From contig NC_045138.2 in NCBI RefSeq assembly GCF_008831285.2, forward strand, positions 43,648,001 to 43,712,000: DNA of 64,000 bases. Reading direction: 5' to 3'. Of the stretch, positions 24,177 through 36,200 are shown piece by piece. The first letter of the stretch is position 1, and every line of letters starts with the position of its first letter. Source of the stretch: Nymphaea colorata (taxonomy: Eukaryota). A program made the translations under genes and the position numbers. The notes under the pieces were generated by a model. That model saw only the letters and a list, made by a program, of their open reading frames with translations. It was not told the DNA's origin and searched no databases.

Positions 24177-25778
24177 CTGCAATAACAAAAATACATCATC
24201 AGACTGGAAAATTGCTTGAATTAAGCACAAATCATGAATCAAACCACACTTCTCCACTTGTCCAGGAGAGTTGGTTGGTTATGGACTTCAGGTAGAAAAA
24301 AGCAAACTATAGATTGGAACACCTAGATGCTACCTAAGTATTAGCCAAGCATGGCATCCAAATCAAAAGTTAGAGAACTATATCCAATTTCATAACTGTA
24401 AGGACAAAATAGAAAATAAGGATCATATCAACTCATAAGTCATAATACAACATTATCCACTATGTCACATACATGCAGCTGCAGACCATAGCCACAAAAT
24501 ATCGTTTTCCTTTTTTAAATGATGAAGTTTTTCTCAAGCATAAAATGGCAGAGTTAACTTTGTTGGGAAAAAAAAAGGGAACTTGGCAAATTTTAAAACA
24601 ATTAATCTTTATGCAAGAAAGAGGAAGGTGGCCAAAATCCTAGAAATAAAATGCGCAAAATGTAAAAAAAAAAAATCTGATAATTAAAAACTATAAAACA
24701 TGTGACAAAAACGTGAAAACATGGAAAAAGGAAAAAATGAAAAAAAAAACGAAAAAAAAACACATTTTTTGCATTTTTACAAAAAACTTGTTTTCTTCCC
24801 TTTTTTCAGCTGACCAGTTTTGAATGTTTTTAACACATTTTTTTGAGAAAACCGTGTTTCCTGTGGCTACAGTGCAGGCCCTAGATTTATTTATTTTATT
24901 TATCCAGTGGAAGCTACATTTACCTAAACACAACCTGGTAATGACTAGAAGACGACTTCTATCGAAAATTGCTATATCTTTAATGCTTAGTCAGATGCAT
25001 GAACACCATCATTAAAAACAATGAAATTTTGGTAATAGAAGTTTCTGGACAATGAAATCCATATTTTCAAAGGCAGAGAAAGCGTGGGAACCAGCAGTCA
25101 TTGAATTACCTGAGAAGAGAAGTTTTTGAATGGCTCTATTTCTTTGGAAGAAAGCAGGTCTTCTTTTGTAACTAAATTAGGAAACAAACTGGTCAACGCA
25201 ACCATCCTCGATATTCCACCATAAATACGTGCACCTGCTAAGTATATTCGTGTTGTTCGTTTAAGCCCAAGTGCTGCAAGCATAATTGCTGCTTCTTCAG
25301 GAGTCAGTGGGCAAAGCCCTTCAGATCTTAGTGTTCCAGCAGGAAGCATCCTACATGATATAAGAATCATGTCAGACACGCAGGGTACATCTATCTTTTA
25401 GAATAAGATGCTTAAATGTATGTTATTTTTTAAAGAATAAAATGTTAACTAGCTATAATGAACCTAAAACATTGCAATATAAAGCCAATGAATCTTCAGC
25501 ATCATAGTAAACATAATAGAAACAATTCAATTTTTAGCTTTAAAGAAGACTGACAAGAAATTTATAGTGTCGATTTATCTAAAAGTTGGGGAACATAATT
25601 TTAAAATTCATGATACTTTTCTAATATGCAGAGGCCACACATTCCACTATTGAGAATAACAGATATCAATTGCCATTTGTCACCAACTCTGAACCTTCCT
25701 TTCAGTTGCATCTCTCTCCCTCTCTCAATGTAAATATATAAAGACATCCGTTCATTACCAACTAAACCTTCCTTGCAG

Positions 25779-25838
<60 letters not shown>

Positions 25839-27170
25839 CTGTGTGTGTGTGTGTGTGTGTGCTTAAATATGTGACGACATCATTTTTGACAATTTGCATA
25901 TGAGGATATGAAAGATTCTCTCCTTACTCTGTACTATTTGCAAAGAGTGTGAGAGCAGGAAAATGGATTGCACGGAAAGTGTCCAACTCCTTTTTTTCCT
26001 CTGCACCACCACCAAACTCACATAAAGAATAAGCTGCCATGTCAATTTCAAACCGAAGATGCATAGCCAGATACTTGGAACTTGCCCCAAGAACAAACTT
26101 TTCTCCTGTCCTAGTGGAACTTGCCCGGAAGTGACCAAGCAGATTATCGTCAAGAACACTTTGTGTTAATGTCTGTTGATGCATCCTTCTCACTAGCAAA
26201 GCACCTGTTTCTTGGATTTTGTGAGCAAACTTTAGAGCATGGAAATTGCATCTGCATCGAAGTCTCTATTTGGATGTCATATATTAGAATAAATTCAAAT
26301 AAATAAAACAAAATGCAGAAAGCAAAAAGATTTTCATATCAAAAGAATAAGACTGACAGAAGATACGGGTGTTACCAGAATTGGCATCGGGCTCATATTG
26401 TTTTGCTGGCTGACATGGTGCATTCAACTGTATCGGCAAATACAAATTTCGCATATAGGCCTATTTACTATTATTGTATTAAAAAAAAATCAAAAACTGA
26501 TTTATTAATTAAAGAATAAAGGAAAATCATCAAAATTCATATTGGCCTATATCCTTTCAGTGATGGGCCAATATGATGCATATCAGCCAAATGGGCTGAT
26601 GAAAAATGTATTAGTAGCATTAAGTATATTTTAGGAACAGAAACGTTCTAGATATTTATCAACCTATGTCATACATGTGAGCTATGTCACACGGTCTCTT
26701 CAAGAAAGGGGCCACACCCCGTGTCGACACGACACTGGTGCTGGTGCAGCTCCGACACACACTCCAACTGCGTCCTTTCTTATGCAAGTTCAAAATATTT
26801 TCTATTATTTTTTTCTCTTCTCCCTGTCCCTTTCTTTCTTTATGTAAAGTAATAAAAGTAAAAAGAAAAGACTGATTAAGCTAAGAAACAAGCTAAAATT
26901 ATATATATTATGAATAGATACATTTATATATATAAAATAAATATATTATATATATATACACCCTCGCTGCACCCTTGCACCCAAATTTTTTGGGATACGT
27001 CACACCGGCACCGGCACCGACACCCCGCATTCATGTGACATAGCATGTGAGTGCACATGTAGGTATATAACTATGTCAGATAGATGCAGGTATGGGTGCA
27101 GAGCACTTTCAAAAAATTTGGGTGCGGGGACACATATGTATATATATCTATGTGTGTGTGTGTGTGTGTA

Positions 27171-27212
<42 letters not shown>

Positions 27213-30200
27213 AAACAAAACAATATAAAACATTCTATTAAAGAAAACTAAATTGCCAGAAAAATCGCTGGTTGCCAGAAAGTCTTGCCGAACAAGTGCA
27301 GTCAGATCGCAGTTTTCATCTTATATACACATGGTTTAAAGAAAAAAAACGAATTAGTGGACAAAAACGGACTCAGTCAAAATTGACCAAGCTACAGAAA
27401 AGGACAAATACAGCCAAAGGGGTGTTGACTGCACCGAACACAAGTCTGACCCTGTCCTGGCTGTGTCCAAAGGCACACCTATAACGTACCGGTGTTGACA
27501 CAGGTACCTCACCCAAATAGAAGTACCCATGTGACATAGGTATAGAAGGTACAACATGACATGCGATGGCCGATGAGGCCGTGCGTAGGGCTCCTTCTCA
27601 GGTGCTAGGGAAAGAGGCACTGGTCGTGGTTCTGTTGGACGTGAGAGATTTCAGTGCACTTATTGTGAAAAATAAGGGCACTTGGAGGACCGATGTTGGG
27701 AAAGGCATGGTCGACCCACTGGAACTGCCTCACATGGTTCGGTTTGCTCAGCCTCAATATATGAAACTTGCCGACTCCTATCATTGGAAGTGGTGATGTG
27801 AAGCCTTTTGATGACCATACAACTAAACAAGTTTTGTTCACACCAGAGTTCCCTATTAGTCTTATATCTATGAAACAATTAGCTACTGATTTGCAACGTA
27901 GTCATTTTTTTACCCTGGTTCATGTTCTTTTCAAGACTTACAAACTATGAAGATGATTGATGGCAGCCATGAGAAAGGGGGTGCCTACTTCCTGTCGGCA
28001 CCCATGGGTAGTGTAGCATCTTCTAGTCTTTTGAAACCAACCTCTTAGCAATGGCATCTCAAGTTGAGACATCTCTCAATTATTCGTCCACAAATTTCAG
28101 CCTCAGAGTCCTTTCAATGTGAAGCTTGCCAATTAAGCAAACATACTAGAAGTAGCTTTCCAGTTAATTAGAGTTCTTCTAGTCAACGTCTGTCTGAACT
28201 TATTCATATTGATGTCTGGGGGCCTAGTCATGTTGGTAGTAGGTCTCAATTTCAGTATTATCTTGTTCTAGTTGATTATTTCTCTAGAGTTACTTGGGTC
28301 ATTTTGTTAGAGGAAAGGACTGAGGTCATTTGTATTCTCAAAAGATTCATCATTGAAATAAAAACCCCATTTGATTCCATTGTCAAGTCTCTTCGCACTG
28401 ACAATGCACTCAAATTTAAATCCTCGAGTTTGATGAAATTTTACTCAGAATTTGGAATATGCCCCCAATTCACTTGCCCTCATACCTCTCAACAAAATGG
28501 AGTTGCTGAAAGAAAATGTCGACAACTCTTAAATACAGCCCAAACAATTATGCTGCAAACTCATATGCTTGCATATTTTTGGGGTGATGTCATCCTGACT
28601 GCTTGCTATCATACCAATCAATTACCCTCTTTAGCCATTGACGATAAAATTCCAATTCAATTGATTTATCCTCATAGACCTTTATTTCAAATTCCTCCAA
28701 AAGCCTTTGGCTATACAGGTTTCATGCATATCCTTGGCCCTAAACGAGATGAACTTTATGCATAGGCCATTAAATGTGTATTCATTGGATATCCCAGCAA
28801 CCAAAGAGGTTTTAAATGCTTTGATCCTACATCCCATAGAGTGTTTATCAATGCGGATGTGACTTTCTTCGAATCTCAACTTTTCTTTCAGCCTGTTGAC
28901 ACTTGCCTTGAGATGCCCAGCTTTGTAGCCTTACCTATTCTTCAAATGTTCCTTTAGAGTTTGTTCCATGTTCATCTCCATCATCATTGTTTCAATGACC
29001 ATCCACTGGTTACTCACACCGATAGGACCCCACTCTGGATCATCCATCGATGTCTTCTCAGGATGTAAGAAACCCTAACATTATTGACCCTGGGGCTAAT
29101 GACCCATACCTTAGCGATGAACTACCTATTGCTCTTTGAAAAAGGAAGTGACAAAACACGATGCACCCCATATCTCATTTTGTGTCTACTAATCATGTGA
29201 GTCACAGTTTACTGCAGTTTTCTTAGGGTATGACAGGTCAAGTTGTTCCCATGAGTGATCACCAAGGGTTACTTGACGTCAAATGGAAATAGGCTATGTA
29301 GGAAGAGATGGATCCATTGATTTCACGAGAGACATGGGAGGTAGTGGAGCCCCCTCCACAGTGTGATGTAGTGGGATCCAAGTGGATCTTTACCATCAAA
29401 TATCATTTTGATGGCTCTATTGAGAGGTATGAGGTCATCCTGGTTGCAAAAGGTTATACCCAAACCAATGGAGTAGACTTTTTTGAGACCTTCTCTCCAA
29501 TGGTGAGGTTAAGGACCATTAGGCTCATAAGATCTGTAGATGTTCAACATGATTGGACTCTCTACCAGCTCAATGTGAAGGATATTTTTATGTATGGGGA
29601 TCTCTTTGAAACTATTTATATGCAGCAACCTCTGAGTTTGAGATTTAGGGAAAGTGTCACAGACTCACAAGGTGTGCAGATTCAATAAGGCTATATATGG
29701 ACTCAAACAAAGTCGTCGGGCGTGGTTTCATAAGCTGTCAGAAGTGGTTTCCCAGTGTGGTTTTTAAAGATCTCCTCTCGATCACTCCTTATTCATAAAG
29801 AAAAAAGCAGCAGGTATAGTGGTTTTAGTGATTGGGCTCTCTATCATCTCGATGTGAAGAATGTCTTGTTGTATGGGATCTCTCTAAAACTATCTACATG
29901 CAGCAACCTCCTGAGTTTGAGATTTAGGGAAAGTGTCACAAGGTGTGCAGACTCAATAAGGCTATATATGGACTCAAACGGAGTCCTCACTCCTCAGGCA
30001 TGGTTTCATAAGCTATCAGAGGTGGTTTTCCAATGTGATTTTCAGACATCTCCTCTTGATCACTCCCAATGTGGTTTTCTTTTGCCACAACACTTGATTT
30101 TTTCTTACCAAACATGGTTTGACAAGAAAAACCAGCATTATTGAATATTTTAGTGATGCTGCTAAACTAAACACATAAATATGTTAGTTTTCTTTCCCTA

Positions 30201-33200
30201 ATCCTGCTTTTCAATTTGTTGACTTCTAAATGAAAGTTATTGTGGCAAAGAACTGGTATATGCTAAAATTTGTTGACAATGGTCCTTAGGCTTCTTTTTA
30301 GAATGTCAATAAGTCATGTTCAGACATACACTGAGCCTCCTTCATCTGATGCAGCACAGCATCTTTTGCCAGAAGGAAAAAAGAAGAAATAAAGGAAAAG
30401 GAAATCTAGAACATTACTGAAAGCAAAAACTACCGGTGCAGCAGTGCACAAAACTGATAAAGATATGATATTCCAAATGTTAAGGTGGGATTTTGGTTGC
30501 TACTGTTCATTAGTTAGAAGAAAATTTTGTGTCAATGGACTTAAACTCGAATTGTAGATGGTTACAATTAAACACTCTTCAACTTGATGTTCTATTGTAG
30601 TCCATTATTTATTGAAGTAGAAATTAGCCTTCTTCCTCTAGCACCATTTGAATCTGATGGTTTTAAGGGACTGCACTATTCACCACTTCCATGCAAGAGT
30701 TTGGTTGTTGTTGATATGTTGACATATGCTAAGGGTATAAGCCCCATATTGATTCGCTCGGCAGTTTAACATAGTTTATGATGCCACTAGCTTAATACAA
30801 AAAATTTGTATCCAGCATAGCACCAATTTACTAGTTTTCTGTGGAAACCTTTTGTGATTTTCAATTTATCAACACATCCAAAGTTAGTGACTCCAAATGT
30901 TGTTGATATGTGCAGAGAATCTTTAGGCATGCCATGATTTGATTAAGAATCCAGATTTAGATTCAACACTTTTTGCATTTCAATTTGGATTTTAGTTTTT
31001 CCTTTGAATTTGTATTTCAATTATTCAACTACCTGTTTGAATTTGGATCTAGACAAGTTTTTTCTCCTAGTCAACAAGTTTATTATATCTCCTCAAAACC
31101 TGGTTACTGGCATCTGAAAAAAAACTGGATCACACATAGTGAAAACCAGGTTTTCAATTGCCGTCCAAACAAACAAACCTAGTTTTTTTTTTCTTTTTTT
31201 CTTTTTTTCTTTTTTTTTTTTTCAAAAACCTAGTTCCAAAACTAAGTTTCTACTTGTGAAACCTTAGGTTCAAGACATGCCATCCATAAGGGCCCTAAAC
31301 ATCAGATGCTATAGAATCACTTCCCGGAACCCTTTTGAGAAACAACCATGTGAATGGATCATGTAAGGCACTTGCTGGATGAAAATGTTTACTTTCACAT
31401 AAACGAAAGACAATTAAGCCTTATATGAACACATGAAGTACATGGCACACACAGAGATGCAAATGAAAGCTAAACTCAAAGCTCATACATGCCAGAAAAG
31501 AAAAGAAAGTGACACATGAGGTCACTTAGAAATATCATAGATCATATAAGTTGTCAAAATACCTGCAATTTAACAGGAACTGGATCAAATGCCAAGCGGT
31601 GAGCAAAACCCACAAAATGAACTACACGATTCTGTAGAAGAATAGGCAAAATTCTTTTCAAGAAGAAACTTGGCTTGGCCTCTTTCTTAATATCTGAATC
31701 AGTCACCTGATCAAAAAGGTTTAGTTGTAAAATAAGATAAAACTAGAACAAGGTAGCACTTAGTACAAAGGGTAATCATACAAAAGATATCAAGCTTCAC
31801 ACTTACTATGCTACCAATTGCCCGTAAGTCTAGTGACTGAAGTTCCTCTGGAAGTTCCTTCACGATTCTAATATCATCCTTCAGGTAGTTAATGAAAAAT
31901 TCCTCCTGATAGATATCCCCAAATTTGCTGAGAAAATATCAAACTTGTCATCTTATTTTACACCAAAACGTCAAATGTAAAGCAAGGACGAGGATCTCAG
32001 ATTGACAGAAACAAGAATGAAGAAAAGCAGAACATAATCATGTGATAAAGTGCTCTTCAATAAATTTTTTTCTTTAAAGCTCTTTACCCAATATGGTCAT
32101 ATCTATGACAGATTTGGAAAACAGAAAAAACCTGTCTTATCTGGGTTTTGTAAAAGCATCTAAAACCTTTGTCTACAATCCTTGATCCTTCCATTAGACA
32201 ACCATTAACCTAACCATAATCAGTTGTCAACAATGTTGAGATGCCTATATGAAATTACAGTCCATCCCATTGTAACAACACACAAAGCATTAAAACTTGC
32301 CATAAGAAGTGGCCACAGCTCTTGACCCCAAGTATGGCTTTGAAATTGTTAAATAAAAGGAGCTCATTTATAAATTGCATAAGGCACACCTTATTCACAC
32401 AACCCCAACCAACACAAGGAACATCTTGCAGAAAAGACCCCTTTTTTATCAAGGTTGTCAGAATATAGGTGTGTTGTGGGTAGAGGCTGCTACCTTCTGC
32501 TTCACCTTCTCCTACACCTGCAAGAAGGAAAAGGAGGATTGCAGAATACTCACACACTCTCAATAGGGTTAGCCAGGAAAATGGGAATTGCTGCTGCAAT
32601 TGGATGGAATCTTCCCATGTAGCCTAGTGTGCCTCACCTTCCACTCCACTAACCACTACGTTATAGACTTTCATGACCCTCATATAGCCCTCTGCCATAG
32701 GCTTCGAAATAGAAAGAGCATATTCCAAGGGGTGGAGGAGAGCGGAGTAGGGAACAGTGGTGGAAGATTACCTCGATAGCAGGGTTTCAGCCACAAATAT
32801 AAAATACTGGTTGAATGGTGGAGTTCTTAGGAAGTTGATACCTTAGGCAATCCATCCGATTCTTTTCAAGACTTGGAAGGGGCCCACCTTGCAAACTATG
32901 TCACATGAGTGCAGAGTGCAAGTGCGAGTGTGGGTGTCGGCGGGTGCCGGAGCAGCACATCCCAAAAAATTTAGGTGCGGCGGTGCGGCGAGGATATTTT
33001 ATTATTATGATTATTATTAATTTATTATATATATAACAGAATAAGCATGTATATATTATTATTACAATTTAGTTATTAATGTATATAACATACTTGCATA
33101 ATTGTATTGCATAGGAAAATATCAAAACAACATATATTATATATAATATATTATATATAGTGATTTAGTAATATGACATACTAACACTCTAACATAAAAC

Positions 33201-36200
33201 ATAAAAAATTGATAGAATCATAGAAGCAGAAATTGAAATTTTGAAATTAAAACTTCAAAAGAACAACACTAACCATAGCTGGTCGGCTGCATAATGCATA
33301 TATAAAAAAGCTTATATTATATATTCTAAGTTTATAACATGACAATATATCACTATATCAGTTGCAAATTATATATGCACAGCTGCATATGTACATGACT
33401 GACAATATATATTTGTTAGTTGAACTTTGAAACTTTTATAGTAGATTCAAGAACAATTGAACAAGCATCTAAAATAAAATGCCAAAATGTATACAACAAT
33501 AATACCAAAAAATGGGACAGATTTAGACCGGATGCAGGTTGACTGCACCCGACTCGAGTTTGTCGCGAGTTGGGTGCGTGCCAGAAGTGGACACATATAG
33601 TCTGGAGTGGCTGACTGCATCCGACTCGTGTTGACTAGGCTCGGGTGCGAGTCAGAGCCCCACCCATGTCCGGTGCGCACCCGACTCAACGCGACTCTGG
33701 TGCAGCAGTAAATAGAAGAGTCTGTGTGACTTGTCTTGCAAAAAGTTTACATACCCCTACTTTTCAGCACTGTATCTTCCTCGAAAATTCTTAAGATAAA
33801 TTCAGTCCCCCACTTGATATTAAAAACCTTGATGATGTTTGTTGTGTTATTGCACCATGAGATTTGTGCGCCTCCAGTCTGCCATGACTTCTAACACTAT
33901 ATCTCCACTAAGTAATTGGAAGTCTAGTTGTTTAGCATGAGGATGGAATCGACATAAGTCCAGAGGCGGCCTGCCATACACCATCATGAAGGGAGACATA
34001 GTGGTGGGCAAATGAGTGGCAGTGTCATATGCGAACTCTCCACTTCCATTTGATAATCCATTTGTGGATGGTAAGTTGTACTTAATTTGAGTGTGGTTCC
34101 CTGCAAAGCAAAACAATTTTGCCAAAAGCTATTTAGAAATAAGGGATCATGATCACTTATAATTCATCTTGGCATGTTGTGTAGCTTAACAACATCTCTA
34201 GCAAAAAATGGGGTAGCCAAACCACAATGAAATATGTCACAGCCGGCAGCCTTAGAGAGAGAAAATCTTCTTATTAACTAACCCTAATCTCAATAATAAA
34301 TAGTTTAGGGCGGCGGTAGAGACTTACAAATAACATCAACCAAAAATAAAGAAATCTTTAAAGAGAACTCTTAACGATTAAATATTGCAAAGAACCACCT
34401 AGAAACTTAAAGTCTTCTAATTCAACACTCCCCCTCAAGCTAGAGCATACATATTAATCATACTCAGGTTGTCACAACATCTAAAGAAATCACCAATAGG
34501 AAGAGCTTTGGTGAAGACAGTTGCAGTTTGATCTTCAGATGATACATGAATGATGGCTATGGTTCCTCCTTGAACAAGGTCCTGAATGTAATGGCAATCC
34601 ACTTCAATATGTTTAGTTCTCTCATCGAACACTAGATTGTTTGTGTTAAAATATATTGTAATGGGGAACCGGGTCCATATCTGGACCTGGTCCTATGGGG
34701 CACGTGTACCGAGGCTGGCTCGGTATCCTAGGCGGCACTCTTTCTCTCCCTCCTATATATTCTTCACTTACGTGTAATTGTTAAGTTAAGTGAATATTAT
34801 TTTCTCTCTCCTAGGGTTGCGGTTTGCCCCTAGGTCAGAGCTTCCCCGTGGTTTTTCACCTCTTTCAGAGGTTTTCCACGTATATCGTGTGTTCTTTCTC
34901 TGTTCTCTCCTTGTGGTTCGTGTTTCTACAGTTTGCAATGTATGTGGCTGCTCTATTGTCACAATACATCCTCATGAGAAGAAGAATTGACACACTTAGG
35001 CTAGATAGCATGGACTTAGCCCAAGTCATTTCAATAGTAGTTTGAGTCATAGCCCTGTACTCAGATTCTGCACTAGATCTTGACAACACACTTTGTTGTT
35101 TGCTTCTCTAGGATATAAGGTTGGCATGTTGTGTAGCTTAACAACTTTGTTGTTCTTTGCAATATTTAATCGTTAAGAGTTCTCTTTAAAGATTTCTCTA
35201 TTTTTGGTTGATGTTATTTGTAAGTCTCTACCGCCGCCCTAAACTATTTATTATTGAGATTAGGGTTAGTTAATAAGAAGATTTTCTCTCTCTAAGGCTG
35301 CCGGCTGTGACATATTTCATTGTGGTTTGGCTACCCCATTTTTTGCTAGAGATGTTGTTAAGCTACACAACATGCGAAGACAGGAAGTCTACCACAGGTA
35401 GTCAACATCGACTTAGCCCAAGTCATTTCAATAGTAGTTTGAGTCATAGCCCTGTACTCAGATTCTGCACTAGATCTTGACAACACACTTTGTTGTTTGC
35501 TTCTCTAGGATATAAGGTTGCCTCCCACAAATACACAGAATCCTGTGGTAGACTTCCTGTCTTCGATTGAGCCGGCATAGTCAGCATTATTGTAGGCTTC
35601 CAGTTTCAAGGTCTTGCCTTTTGTGAATAAAAGTCATTTACTTGAAGACAATTTCAAATATTTGACCACCATTAATGCTGCATCCCAATGAACTTTGCTG
35701 GGTCTTGAGAGGATTTAGGCAACAAAGTTTTTTCAGCATCAATAAAAGTCCTTAAAAAAAACATCTATCAACTTTTTCTTCCGTCAATCAGTCCATCAAT
35801 CACAGCAATCAACTTGAAAGGATCTAGGCAGCAGAACTTTTTAGCATCAACAAAGCACTTAAAAAAAATCTATGAACTTGTTGTTCAATGTTCAGTAAAT
35901 CAGTCCACCAAACTCCCACGCATTAGGCTTCATATCATTGCTTACTAGAATCCACATATGCATATAAGAAAAACAATCAATCTGATAAGAGTATACCCAA
36001 CTTGCAACTACTTTTCCACAATCAGCCAAAAAAAAAAACCCCGATAAGAATGTGGTCCATGTGCAGCGACTCTTCCACGAGCCCAGATTTGACTTAGAAC
36101 TTGCCAACGCAACTCCCACGCAGTTGCTCACACTCCACTACATCCACGTTGGGAACCTAATCACACATACCTCTCACGTGTGATTAGGTTCCCCTTTCAC

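Larger units (their letters stand above)
34175..35710 (-). mobile_element. 3' part of a Ty1/copia element (RT end, RNase H, PPT, 3' LTR 34175-34427)
   Basis: [19 protein letters not shown] and [11 protein letters not shown] motifs; reverse-complement PPT CTCCCCCT at 34428; LTR TGTTG...CAACA. Confidence 0.9.

Noticed and set aside
26365..26625. Additional degenerate hAT MITE in intron 7
   Set aside because: Termini too decayed and no TSD to confirm.
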